NCBI GenBank assembly: GCA_963664225.1
Contig: OY760937.1
Location: forward strand, 3,392,001-3,456,000
Direction: 5' to 3'
From: Verrucomicrobiia bacterium
GTDB lineage: Bacteria; Verrucomicrobiota; Verrucomicrobiia; Limisphaerales; UBA1319
DNA length: 64,000 nt
Below, piece by piece: positions 39,735-49,309 of this stretch (positions are counted from its first letter, which is position 1; each line of letters opens with the position of its first letter). The position numbers and the translations under genes are program-made. The notes beneath the pieces were generated by a model, which had not been told where the DNA came from, ran no database searches, and saw only the letters and a list, made by a program, of their open reading frames with translations.

Positions 39735-42700
39735 TCAGTTGCTGACCCGGAGCTTGAAGTAGCACCGACCGCTGGCAGGCAGGGACGCGTGCTTCATGTT
39801 GATGCTAAACTGGCCATTCGTCTGAGACCACGCCGCTGCGTCGCAGAGTGTCCAGTTTTTGAGGTCCTCTGAAAACCAGAGTTCAACGGTGCCCTCCAGC
39901 CCTGCCTCGTCCGCGATCAAAAGGCCTTCGGCGGTGACGCGAGGATTGGTAAATGCCGGCGGCTCGGGGAGCCCGGGCGTGCCGGAGGTCACCCTGCCCG
40001 GACGCCAGTTGTCAGCCGTGCTCCAAATCGGTTCCGGGGCGGCGAGATCGACCGCCACAAGCGAGGATCCCGTGTTGAAGGTCCCGGGATACCAGAGCTT
40101 CGAGTAGGTGAACGTGAGTATATTACTTCCCTTGGGATCGATGATCGACAGCGCTTCACCGCCCCGCGAAAGCTTGCCACTGGTCCAGACCATCACGTTG
40201 ATACTATTCGTGGCATACCGTGTGGCAAAAGCCTCCAGGTTGGCCACAAGCGCCATTCGCGCGCCCGCCGCAAGCACCACGTTCGTGAACGTGTGTGTAA
40301 TGCCGCTCACGAAACTCACCCCGTCGAGATTCAGCGCATTCGTGCCGTTATTGCGCAGCTCAAGCCAGCCAAAGTCGTCGTCGATATACGGACTGCCTGC
40401 ATCCGGCGCGGGCGGCGCATACATGAGCTCGGAGACGCGCAGGGCCGCATAATCCATCGGAGCGCGCTGGACGGTGAGCGCATTTTCAGAAAGTGCGCTC
40501 CATACGGCGCCGTTGTAGGAACGGGCCTTGACGGTGCAGTTGTTGGTAACGGTGATATCGGCACCGATGCGTCCCTGGCTCGCCGGTATCGTGAGCGAAA
40601 AGTCGAAGTAGAGGTCGGAGCTTCCCGCGTTGCCCTGGTGTAGCTCGACGGCCAGGGTGTTGGTGCCAACCCGCAGCATCTGGGTGGCATTGACCGTGCG
40701 CGCGAAGTAGGTGTTCTGATCCGGCGAACCCGCCACGCCCGCGGAGTAGGTGTCATACGTCGGAGTCCCCGGGTTCATGTTCTCGCGCAGTTCGGTGACT
40801 TCCACGCCATTGAGATAAACCACCGCGCCATCGTCCCGCAGTATCTCAGCCAGCAGGTTTGGAATGTCATTAGTAGAATTTAGTGTGAAGGTGTGGCGCA
40901 GATAGGTGGTGGTTACTTGCGGCGCCGTAGTTCCATTGACATAGCGGCGGGTTGTCGTGGCCACCGGATTGACTGTCGCGCTGCCTGCGAAACCAAGGAT
41001 GGCAGGTCCGTGCGACCAGGTATCATCCGGAAAACCATGGGACCGCCATGTGAGTTTGCCCGAGGCGGGCGGTTCGCTGCCGCTATCAAAGTAGCGCCAG
41101 TCCGCGCCGCGCGCAACAAGCGTGCGAGTGCCGGTGTTGCCGCTACCGTATGCGGCCTTGATGGCGGACGGATTGATGCTGCCATCGGGAAGACGCGGAT
41201 CGGAGCCGTCCGTGGTGTAGTAGAATATACCGGCGCCGGAGAGATGCAGGAGGTGTCCCGATGGAACTTCCCTGTTCATTACCGAGTAGTCGGGAGCATC
41301 GATTGACGGGAACCAGCCGCGGGTGCGGAAATGGCCGATAATAATATCACGGCGCAGGCTCAGGTAATTATTGACGACCGCGTTACAGGCCGGAATCCAG
41401 TTCGCGTCCCTTGTCTTGCCCCGGCCCCAGCGGGCGGACTCGGCAATGATCGCGAGATCGATTTCGTTCATGCGGCTGCGAAAGCGCTTCTGGGCGTTTG
41501 CGGGCGTGAGAGCGCCGTCGCCGTAGAGTTGTTTCTGCACGAGATCGGCAAAGCGCAGGCGATACTGCGGGTTCTGGCAGAGCCGCTGGTGGAGCGTCGC
41601 GGGGTTGAAACTACTCTGGGTGGTCAAACCGGCCCCGCCGGTGGTGGTGTCGCAGGTTACGGGAAAACTGTCGTTGGCGCCCAGGGAATGTTCGGCGTCG
41701 TGGCGCAACCATTTGAACCCATCGGGAGCGGTGCGGTGGAAAAGCGCAAACATGTTATTGGGCATCCCACCCCAGATGGAGACGGGCGAGTCCGGGTCGC
41801 CCGTGTAGAGGGCGGTTAACATGTAGAGGATCAGGTTGTCCTCGTCGAGATAGACCGGGTAGGCGGGATTGGGTGTGCCGTCCGGATTGAGGCCTTTGAC
41901 GCGCTGGTAGTTATTGGAGTAAGCGCCGCTAAAACCCTGGTTGATGGCAATGTCATGCAGCGCGTAAAAGGCGTCGAACGTCCCGTCGCTGGCGGTGGTG
42001 GTATAGCCCGGCTGGCTGGTCTTGATGCAGTCCCATTCGTCGTTGTTGCCGCCCATGTAGGTTTGCGCGTAATCCGCATCGCCGCGCTCCTGGGTCTGGA
42101 AGAGGCCCCAGTACTGGCCATTAATATAGAGATGGTAGTATCGGCTCCGCGTGTAGGGCATGCCCATGTCCCGCTGGGAATCGCGCGAGAAGGTCTCCCG
42201 CACGAAGGTATCCTTGGGACTATTCTCATAAGCCCACGAATAGTTCTGGGAAGTGCGCAGATCCACTTTGTCGAACTCGGACGCGCCCTCGTCCCCAAAG
42301 AGCGGAAAGCGCAGCTTGCCATCGCCGTAATCGGATCGGAAGAACAGGCGGAACGAATGCTTGGGATTGGCGGAGCTGCGGCTGTACGCGCCGCGAATGC
42401 GCAAGCCGGCGTCGATGTGGAACTCGGATCCGCTCCCTTTCACAGGGTCGATCAATTCCACCGACACCGGGCGTTCCCAGGCGATGCCATCGTTGTTTGG
42501 ATTGACGTAGATGCCGCGCTGCGGATTGACCAGGTTGCCGAGGTCGGTCACCAGCGAGATGGAGGGGATGGCATTGGTCATGCCGTTGCGCAGGCGGTCG
42601 GCATCCCCCGTCACAATTTCCTGCCGCATCCCATATTCCATCACATGGTTGTTGACCTGTCCGTTGGCGGGCCAGCCCGGCGGCGCTGTGGATGCCTGTT

Positions 42701-44570
42701 TGAGAATGTCTTCGAGGAAAAGCCAGGTCACCGTGGTGATGTTCTGCCGCACCGTGTTGGGATCCACCACGCACGCGCGCAGTGTTGTGGTTCGCGTAAC
42801 GGTGAACGGGCTTGTAAAACGCTGGGAGTTGGTGCCGGGCGTGCTGCCGTCGAGTGTGTAGCGAATTGTCGCATTTGTATCAGGGCAGACGAGTGCAACG
42901 GTGAAGGCGCTGGTCTTGTAGCCCCGAGGCTCGCTGACGGCGACGACCGGCGTCGGCGCAGTGTAGGCAGTGGCGTTGGCAACGCCGGGGGTCGGCTTTT
43001 TGAAATAGGCCTGGAAACTCTCGCCGCTGCGCCAGGCGAGTCGGGGTGCGATGATAAACTCCGACTGCGCGGCGGAATCGTTCAGCGCGGTAATCGCGAG
43101 CGTGTTCGTGCCCACCGTGAACAGCGATGCAGGAACCGAAAACGACAGCCACTGCACCGCCTCTTCCAGCGACCGGGCCGATGTGGCGGCGCTGTTCCAG
43201 GCCAGCGACGCGGGAGTATTCAGCGCCGCAATGGGCGTCCCATTCAGGGTGGCGTTGAAACCGTCCGCGCAACGCACCGATAGCGTGAAGGTGTCCTCCG
43301 CGGCAGGCGCAACCTTGAGGTTGAAATTCCACTCCGCGTCCAGGCGCGAGTTCACATTCTTCATGGCTGTGGCCACGTCCGTCTCCACCAGCGAGCCGAT
43401 CGCGCCCGCGTGAAGTATGCTCCCGGCGGGATCGCCCGTCAGGCGGAAGACACCGGGAGAAAAGAACTCCTGATAATCCTGCGCCGCGGAAAACTCAACA
43501 CCCGCCCCGCCTCCATTTTCGTAATAGATCAGGCGCAGGTCGTAGATGCCCGCCACGGGAAAATTGAATGTGGCCAGCGTGGTATCGAAGCCGCGCCCGG
43601 TCGTGTATTCAGAAACGAACTCTTCGCCGTGTCCGGAAATACGCAGGCGGAAACCGTCGTCGCTGCCCACCGCAAACGTCCACAACCCCGGGGCGGGAAC
43701 GCTGATGGACCCTTCGGCCACAACAACGAAATTGTCCTTGTCCTGCCCTGGGAAAATGTGACCTGGAAAAAGCTGATCGTTCGTGAAGCTGCCGGAACTC
43801 GAGTTGGCGTAGAAATCGATGATGTCGTATTGCCCCACGATGGGGTAAGCCTGATCGGTTTTCCAATACCCTTTGTCGGCAACCATCGTCTCGGCGGTGT
43901 CCACGTTGTCGATGGAGCTGTTCATCTCATAATAACGCACAGTGAAGGTCCCATTCGTGCCGCTGAACCCCAACGCCCCGGTCGCGGACGCCCACGGCGC
44001 GGTGCCGTCCGCATTTGGAATTCGGTAGCGCAAAGCAGCGCCCGCCCCCACAAGCTCAAGCTCGCGGGGAGTTCCGCGGCCATAGGAAATATCCGTCATT
44101 TGCGGCGGATACTTGGGCGCGAACGCGTCCTCAACAGTCACACCATCAGGGCGGACCAGCGCGAGATACTCGCCGCCTGTCGAGAGACTGAAATTGGCGT
44201 GCAATTCGCCGTTCGTGATGGAAAGCGCGGAACCGTCCGCAAAAACGACGCGATAACCATGGGCCGCTATCGTGGTGCCGTCCGGGATGCGCCATTTGGC
44301 TGGCATGGAAACCAGGTCGGTCAGATACCAGCCACTTAAATCCACGGCTTGCGGGCCGTTGTTGACCAACTCGATCCAGTCCGCCGGAACGCCCGCTTTA
44401 GTGCGCAAGCCCCCCTTGTTGTCCGCAACGAACTCGCTGATCCGAACCTCGGCAACCGCGCCCTGCACGATGCACAGGGCCAGCCAGAAAATGGCAAAAA
44501 CGGCCCATCTCATCCGTCCAGGCCTGGCGGATCGAGAAACAAAAACCATCAGGAATTGCATCGTGGTCAT
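39735..44570 (-). CDS. Giant secreted CotH-kinase protein with lamin-tail (LTD), PA14-like and chitobiase-C-terminal-like domains
   Basis: ISEFVADN..DWIEL (LTD), GSDDGFRL..YYENGG (PA14-like), IRYTLDGS, RIRG..KHSFRL, YWGL..ER, N...W..HDAE (CotH), second LTD SELMY. Start uncertain (44570 or 44513). Confidence 0.9.
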   Translation of the reverse strand: MTTMQFLMVFVSRSARPGRMRWAVFAIFWLALCIVQGAVAEVRISEFVADNKGGLRTKAGVPADWIELVNNGPQAVDLSGWYLTDLVSMPAKWRIPDGTTIAAHGYRVVFADGSALSITNGELHANFSLSTGGEYLALVRPDGVTVEDAFAPKYPPQMTDISYGRGTPRELELVGAGAALRYRIPNADGTAPWASATGALGFSGTNGTFTVRYYEMNSSIDNVDTAETMVADKGYWKTDQAYPIVGQYDIIDFYANSSSGSFTNDQLFPGHIFPGQDKDNFVVVAEGSISVPAPGLWTFAVGSDDGFRLRISGHGEEFVSEYTTGRGFDTTLATFNFPVAGIYDLRLIYYENGGGAGVEFSAAQDYQEFFSPGVFRLTGDPAGSILHAGAIGSLVETDVATAMKNVNSRLDAEWNFNLKVAPAAEDTFTLSVRCADGFNATLNGTPIAALNTPASLAWNSAATSARSLEEAVQWLSFSVPASLFTVGTNTLAITALNDSAAQSEFIIAPRLAWRSGESFQAYFKKPTPGVANATAYTAPTPVVAVSEPRGYKTSAFTVALVCPDTNATIRYTLDGSTPGTNSQRFTSPFTVTRTTTLRACVVDPNTVRQNITTVTWLFLEDILKQASTAPPGWPANGQVNNHVMEYGMRQEIVTGDADRLRNGMTNAIPSISLVTDLGNLVNPQRGIYVNPNNDGIAWERPVSVELIDPVKGSGSEFHIDAGLRIRGAYSRSSANPKHSFRLFFRSDYGDGKLRFPLFGDEGASEFDKVDLRTSQNYSWAYENSPKDTFVRETFSRDSQRDMGMPYTRSRYYHLYINGQYWGLFQTQERGDADYAQTYMGGNNDEWDCIKTSQPGYTTTASDGTFDAFYALHDIAINQGFSGAYSNNYQRVKGLNPDGTPNPAYPVYLDEDNLILYMLTALYTGDPDSPVSIWGGMPNNMFALFHRTAPDGFKWLRHDAEHSLGANDSFPVTCDTTTGGAGLTTQSSFNPATLHQRLCQNPQYRLRFADLVQKQLYGDGALTPANAQKRFRSRMNEIDLAIIAESARWGRGKTRDANWIPACNAVVNNYLSLRRDIIIGHFRTRGWFPSIDAPDYSVMNREVPSGHLLHLSGAGIFYYTTDGSDPRLPDGSINPSAIKAAYGSGNTGTRTLVARGADWRYFDSGSEPPASGKLTWRSHGFPDDTWSHGPAILGFAGSATVNPVATTTRRYVNGTTAPQVTTTYLRHTFTLNSTNDIPNLLAEILRDDGAVVYLNGVEVTELRENMNPGTPTYDTYSAGVAGSPDQNTYFARTVNATQMLRVGTNTLAVELHQGNAGSSDLYFDFSLTIPASQGRIGADITVTNNCTVKARSYNGAVWSALSENALTVQRAPMDYAALRVSELMYAPPAPDAGSPYIDDDFGWLELRNNGTNALNLDGVSFVSGITHTFTNVVLAAGARMALVANLEAFATRYATNSINVMVWTSGKLSRGGEALSIIDPKGSNILTFTYSKLWYPGTFNTGSSLVAVDLAAPEPIWSTADNWRPGRVTSGTPGLPEPPAFTNPRVTAEGLLIADEAGLEGTVELWFSEDLKNWTLCDAAAWSQTNGQFSINMKHASLPASGRCYFKLRVSN

Positions 44571-44839
44571 CGCACTGAACATTGCGCAACCCCTCCGCAA
44601 TTGTCACTCGATTTCACCTCATACCGGTCATGTTCCGCACAGAACAATATTCTTCAGGAAATGGAAAAAGGCCTTAAAACGCCATAAAAGCATATAGGGC
44701 GTATGATCGCAGCCAGCCCATGGAATTGAGCACGCGGCCTTGCACCGGTTTTCTCCCTCTTCTCCATGCCAATGAAGGATGAAGGTTGGAGAGGGATCCT
44801 TCCCTGACGTTGTCTGCCATTCCCGGGCGCATTCTGGTG

Positions 44840-44865
44840 GTAGGGCGCGCAGTCCTCTGCGCGCC
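44840..44865 (+). repeat. GTAG-type REP hairpin
   Basis: GTAG-ggcgcgcag-tcct-ctgcgcgcc with a perfect 9-bp stem. Confidence 0.7.
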
Positions 44866-44927
44866 GCACTTCAACCCCACGCATTCAATAATTCCTTGCG
44901 CGGTCAAATTATTCCTATCTCACTACT

Positions 44928-45029
44928 CAACCCGGAACGGGTTGAATCAATCAGCCCCGGGTCGCGAGGCACGAGCCACCCGGGGTTCCCGTCCTCAGAA
45001 TTCGCCTACGCTGTAAGCGTTGCATCAAA
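44928..45029 (+). repeat. Three-hairpin REP/MITE-like element, copy 2
   Basis: caaccc-ggaac-gggttg, tcagccccgggt..acccgggg, acgc-tgtaa-gcgttgcatcaaa. Confidence 0.75.
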
Positions 45030-45053
45030 TTCAAACGATGCCCTCCAATCCCC

Positions 45054-45160
45054 AGCGCCAACGGCGCGACTCCATATCAGCCTGGGCTGGAGCGAGTCCG
45101 CGAGCGGAGGCCCAGGTAAACCGTCCCCAACATCACCAAAAGCCCTGTAGGGGCGTCCCA
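45054..45160 (+). repeat. Three-hairpin element, divergent variant
   Basis: gcgcc-aac-ggcgc, tcagcctgggc..gcccagg, gccc-tgtag-gggc; same architecture. Confidence 0.6.
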
Positions 45161-45656
45161 TGCGGTTGCGCACTGGATCGGCAACAAATAGAGCCCGTTT
45201 CCACCCGTATCACGGACATCCTCGTCTGCGGGCTCATCGGGCGTCCCCGCCCGGCGAACCGCAATCAGTCTTCCGATGTTTCAAGGCGCGCTCATTCAGG
45301 GGAATCGAAAACTCGGATGTCTTGCACGAAGGGGGGATGGACTGGTTGTGCTCAGAGTATTCAGGATTCAGGAACCAGTTTATGAAACCTAATCAAACGG
45401 AACCGCACCATTCTATGGGCTAACCCCTTTTAAGGTATCGTTTCTTACCAAGCTGTTGTTTACGAAATCAATCCTTCGGGCAACTGAATCACAGGCTTTT
45501 TTTCTTCTGTTTCTCAAGCTCGGCCTTCCGTGTCATTGGGAGTCATCAAATCTTTCTCGCAACTCTATGTTTGGCCTGACCTCTTGTATCGCCTTTAGAA
45601 TCCTTCTATAATGAGGTTGCCCCGATTTGACGGACACAGGAGCGGAGCGAAACTTA

Positions 45657-46010
45657 ATGAAAAACCGTATGAAGCAATCTGTGATTCCCGATTCCAAGAC
45701 TCATCCGAAGTATGATTCTGCATTTAAGCAGGAAGCCGTGAACCTCTGGAAATCCAGCGGGAAATCGGCAGCCACGGTGGCGGCTGAGTTGGGGATAAAA
45801 ATGGAGCGGCTCTATGCCTGGCGCGCAAAATATGTGCCGCTGCCAACAGGGGAAGGAGCCGAAACAAAGACCCGTGAGCAGTTGCTGGCCGACAATGCCG
45901 CTTTGTTGCGCGAACTGGACTATGTGCGCCAGCAGCGGGAGATTCTAAAAAAAACGTTGGGAATTCTTTCGGACCCCCAGAGCAACGCTATCAACGGGTT
46001 GAAGCGATGA
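45657..46010 (+). CDS. IS3 OrfA (HTH)
   Basis: YDSAFKQEAV..VAAELGI..LYAW..REILKK; A8 slippery run at 45947-45954. Confidence 0.9.
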   Translation: MKNRMKQSVIPDSKTHPKYDSAFKQEAVNLWKSSGKSAATVAAELGIKMERLYAWRAKYVPLPTGEGAETKTREQLLADNAALLRELDYVRQQREILKKTLGILSDPQSNAINGLKR

Positions 46011-46849
46011 AAGTCGATCATCCCATCCGCCTGCTCTGTGAGGCCTTTGATGTGTCTTTTAGCGGCTACTATGATTGGTGCCGACGGCAAATCCAGCCTT
46101 CGTTGCGTGCCCGTCAGGACGCCGTATTGAAAGGGACCATCACAACGATTTTCAATGGCAGCCGCAAAACCTATGGCAGCCCGCGCATCCAGATCGCCTT
46201 GAAGCACCAGGGGCACTGCCATGGTCGCAACCACATCGCCCGTTTAATGCGCCAGGAAGGCCTGCAGGCGCGTTCTAAAAAGCGTTTCAAGGTCCGAACC
46301 ACCGACAGCAATCATGATCAGCCCATTGCCCCCAACCGGCTGGCTCAAGCCGCGCCACCGGACCAACGCAATCAGACTTGGGTCGGGGACATCACCTACA
46401 TTGCCACCGATGAAGGCTGGCTCTATCTGGCGGGAATTGAAGACCTCTACAGCCGCCGCATCGTGGGTTGGAGCATGAGCGAACATATTGACGCCGAACT
46501 GGTTCTGGCGGCCTGGAACATGGCCTGCATTCAGCGACAACCCGAACCCGGATTGCTCTTTCATTCAGATCGGGGAGTCCAGTATGCCAGTCAGGATTAT
46601 CGCCGGGCGATGGAAACCTCCGGTGCCCTGGCGAGCATGAGCCGCAGTGGCAACTGCTATGACAACGCGGCCATGGAATCCTTTTGGAGCACCCTTAAAC
46701 AAGAACTGGTTTATCGCCGGGTCTTTGCGACCCGAGCCCAGGCCCGACAGGCCATCTTTGATTACATCGAGACCTTCTATAATCGACAGCGTTTACACAG
46801 CACACTCAATTACATGTCTCCTGTTGACTTTGAAAATATATCCAAATAA
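46007..46849 (+). CDS. IS3 OrfB (DDE transposase)
   Basis: YGSPRI, WVGDITYI, HSDRGVQY, DNAAMESF, YNRQRLHS. Confidence 0.95.
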   Translation: MKVDHPIRLLCEAFDVSFSGYYDWCRRQIQPSLRARQDAVLKGTITTIFNGSRKTYGSPRIQIALKHQGHCHGRNHIARLMRQEGLQARSKKRFKVRTTDSNHDQPIAPNRLAQAAPPDQRNQTWVGDITYIATDEGWLYLAGIEDLYSRRIVGWSMSEHIDAELVLAAWNMACIQRQPEPGLLFHSDRGVQYASQDYRRAMETSGALASMSRSGNCYDNAAMESFWSTLKQELVYRRVFATRAQARQAIFDYIETFYNRQRLHSTLNYMSPVDFENISK

Positions 46850-47608
46850 CCTATATGTGTCTTCTGTGTCCGATTTATCGAAGCAAGCCCAATAATGAAT
46901 GCCGGGCCTCAGGACGTCTGGAATCCGGTGCCGTTTCCCACCAATGTCCACGAGAAACGCATTGGCATAATCATAGTCTCGCCAATGCTTTCCCTCCCAT
47001 CGCATTCTGTGAAAAACAAGTTCCAACATTTGGACTGAATGCAAAGGTATGCTTCCAGTCCGTTTTTTCTCAGTGTTCTTGGTTATAACCTCCCACCTAA
47101 GTATTCCCTCGTCCACGCTTAAGGTTGCGGATTGACCACGATAGATTGAGCGGACCACCACACATCCCAGAAAAAGCCAGACCGCACTTGCCACACACGC
47201 AATAGTCAGCAGTACAGGGTCTTGCTTTTTAATGGCGCACAAAAGACAAAATCCCGAAAGAGATATCGCAAGCAGAATGGCAAGCACCCCGCTAAACATA
47301 CTCTCTTTAACGTGCACAATAGTTTTCAAGTAGTTCAGAGTATCTGTTTCCTAATTTGTAAACGGGCCACCCATAGTATCGTTCACATTTCATAATCTGA
47401 GCTATTCCCAAACCAGCCTCCAGACCTGCACCCACCCGAACCGGTCAAGCCCAACCGATCTGATTTGGCGCATGAATTAATCGTTCCCATGGCAATCACA
47501 TCGTTGACAACAAACGCAACCTGCTCCCCATTAATCGCCTTGGCAACAGGTAATTCTCCGCCCTCATGTCCATCAAAGTAACAATTTCTTTCCGTTCTAT
47601 GCGTTTGT

Positions 47609-47647
47609 TTCTTTGAGTTCTTTGCGTTCTTTGCGTTCTTTGCGGTT
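47609..47647 (+). repeat. 9-bp tandem repeat (TTCTTTGCG)x4
   Basis: ttctttgag-ttctttgcg-ttctttgcg-ttctttgcg-gtt. Confidence 0.85.
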
Positions 47648-47816
47648 ACTCAACTTCCCCTCCCCCTTTTTCTCCTATTTGGCTTATTTCGTGGTTAAAT
47701 CTCTCATTGCGGAAGAACTTTGTCATGCGCCCGGTGATGTTGAGCGCAGGAAGCTCCGACAGAGCGGCAGCTCATGCCGCCCCGTCGGAAAGGAAGAATG
47801 GTTGATTCGCCCGCGC

Positions 47817-48512
47817 TTATTTCAGCGGCGTGAGACTCACCTTGCGGAAATGCACCTCGCCGCCTTCGGATTGCAGCCCGACGGGTCCTTTACAGACCTC
47901 GATCCCGGTGGCTTCATTGATTTTCTCGCCGTTCATCCAGACGGTGTAGCGGTCGTCCTGGGCCTGGACCTCCACATGATTCCACTCCCCGGCAGGCTTT
48001 TCCTTGTCCATCATCTTTCTCACCCCGGTGATATCCCCGCCGAGCGCGTGCTTGCTGACAAAAAAGGAACGCGGCTGATTGGTGGACATGTTCATATATT
48101 GCAAGGTCAGAATATCCCCCGCGCTGCCATGCTGCAACTGGGTCTCCGAACAGGCAGGCAGGGCCATCAGCGGCTCATGAATGCGCGAAAAAATCCCGCT
48201 GTTGCCCGGCTTGGCACCCGGCGCCCAGCGATATTCCACCACCAGCCGGAAGTTCTTCACCTTTGGGCCGGTCGAAATAAAGCCCACCGGCGAACCTTTG
48301 CAGATGATCATCCCGTCCCTGACCGACCACACATCCGCTTTCTGGACCTTCGGATCCAGCAAAACATAATTCCAGGCATCGATATCCTTGCCATTGAATA
48401 AGCTGATCGCTCCGGCGGTCCCGCTCTTCTGACTCTTGCAGCAGCAGCAGCAGCCGGTGACGAAGCTAAGAGCCACCAGGCTCAACGCTGTTAATACAGG
48501 TTTGATTTTCAT
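47817..48512 (-). CDS. DUF1080 (3-keto-disaccharide hydrolase-like) lipoprotein
   Basis: Lipobox VTGC; LFNGKD..W, GNSGIF, GEWNHVEV, GLQSEG..FR. Confidence 0.9.
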   Translation of the reverse strand: MKIKPVLTALSLVALSFVTGCCCCCKSQKSGTAGAISLFNGKDIDAWNYVLLDPKVQKADVWSVRDGMIICKGSPVGFISTGPKVKNFRLVVEYRWAPGAKPGNSGIFSRIHEPLMALPACSETQLQHGSAGDILTLQYMNMSTNQPRSFFVSKHALGGDITGVRKMMDKEKPAGEWNHVEVQAQDDRYTVWMNGEKINEATGIEVCKGPVGLQSEGGEVHFRKVSLTPLK

Positions 48513-48606
48513 GATGTATTGCAGTCTAATCCAAATTCCAGTTCGACAACAAGGAACCTTTTTTCGACTTCAATGGTTCGGGTTTTCCCGACACAGGCTT
48601 TTTCCA

Positions 48607-48622
48607 TGGCTATATCCTTGCG
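48607..48622 (+). promoter_or_regulatory. Candidate sigma54 promoter
   Basis: TGGCTATATCCTTGCG has GG-N10-GC spacing, about 180 bp upstream of 48800. Confidence 0.35.
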
Positions 48623-48799
48623 CCAATCCCTGGGACATCCCACCTGGGCGGCTCGCGCTCGTCCCGTCCCAACTCCACTCCCAATTTGCTTAATTCCATA
48701 ACCCATGTGAATGTAGGGCGGAGGCAGATCCGTCGGCGACATGAGTCCAGGCGATACCCGTTAAGGAGAACAGCAACACATCACACCTTTGAGGATCCT

Positions 48800-49249
48800 A
48801 TGAAACTCATTCTTAAATATCTGCTGGCCGCGTCTTTGCTCGTTGGCGCTCCAGCCCTTTCCGCGGCGGACTCCACAACAAAAGCTCAAGACAAGGCAGC
48901 GGGCGCGACCAAACCGGCCACTGAGAAAAGCACAGTCAAACGCGATTGGTATCCCTTCGCCGGCATCGTCGGTTCGGTGGACAGGCAGGCGAATACCGTC
49001 TCGCTGAGTAAAAAGAGTGGGGTGCGCGTTCTTAAACTCGGCTCCAAATCGACGCTCGAAATCAATGGCAAACCCGCCACCTTGGGAAGCGTGAAAGTCG
49101 GCGACTACGCCCATGGAAAACTGCACAAGGATGCTGCGGGAAACGAGGTGATTACAAACGCCAGATTCGACAAGGAATCCCCAAAGAAAGAAAAGGGAGA
49201 CTCCGCCAGGGATCCCTCAACCACGCCCGCTTCCAAGTCGGCGAAATAG
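48800..49249 (+). CDS. Basic secreted hypothetical protein (OB-fold-like)
   Basis: GAGGA RBS, signal peptide, PFAGIVGSVD..INGKPATL..KVGD. Confidence 0.75.
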   Translation: MKLILKYLLAASLLVGAPALSAADSTTKAQDKAAGATKPATEKSTVKRDWYPFAGIVGSVDRQANTVSLSKKSGVRVLKLGSKSTLEINGKPATLGSVKVGDYAHGKLHKDAAGNEVITNARFDKESPKKEKGDSARDPSTTPASKSAK

Positions 49250-49309
49250 ACTCCCCGGCACAAATCAATCCTTCGCAATGAAACCTGAAACATGAATCGA
49301 GGAGAGAGT

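Larger units (their letters stand above)
45612..46891 (+). mobile_element. IS3-family insertion sequence, 1280 bp, apparently intact
   Basis: TG...CA ends; imperfect IRs tgaggttgccccgatttgacggacacaggag / revcomp tgggcttgcttcgataaatcggacacagaag; 4-bp TSD ATAA at 45608-45611 and 46892-46895. Confidence 0.95.
45533..47329 (-). pseudogene. Low-GC two-TM hypothetical gene interrupted by IS3 (5' part 46892-47329, 3' part 45533-45611)
   Basis: Removing the IS and one ATAA copy restores the frame ...RPGIHY-RRILKAIQEVRPNIELRERFDDSQ-stop. Confidence 0.75.

Noticed and set aside
39735..44570. Apparent enrichment of Thr-Asn dipeptides in the CotH protein
   Set aside because: The protein is Thr- and Asn-rich overall; I cannot show an excess over expectation without computation.
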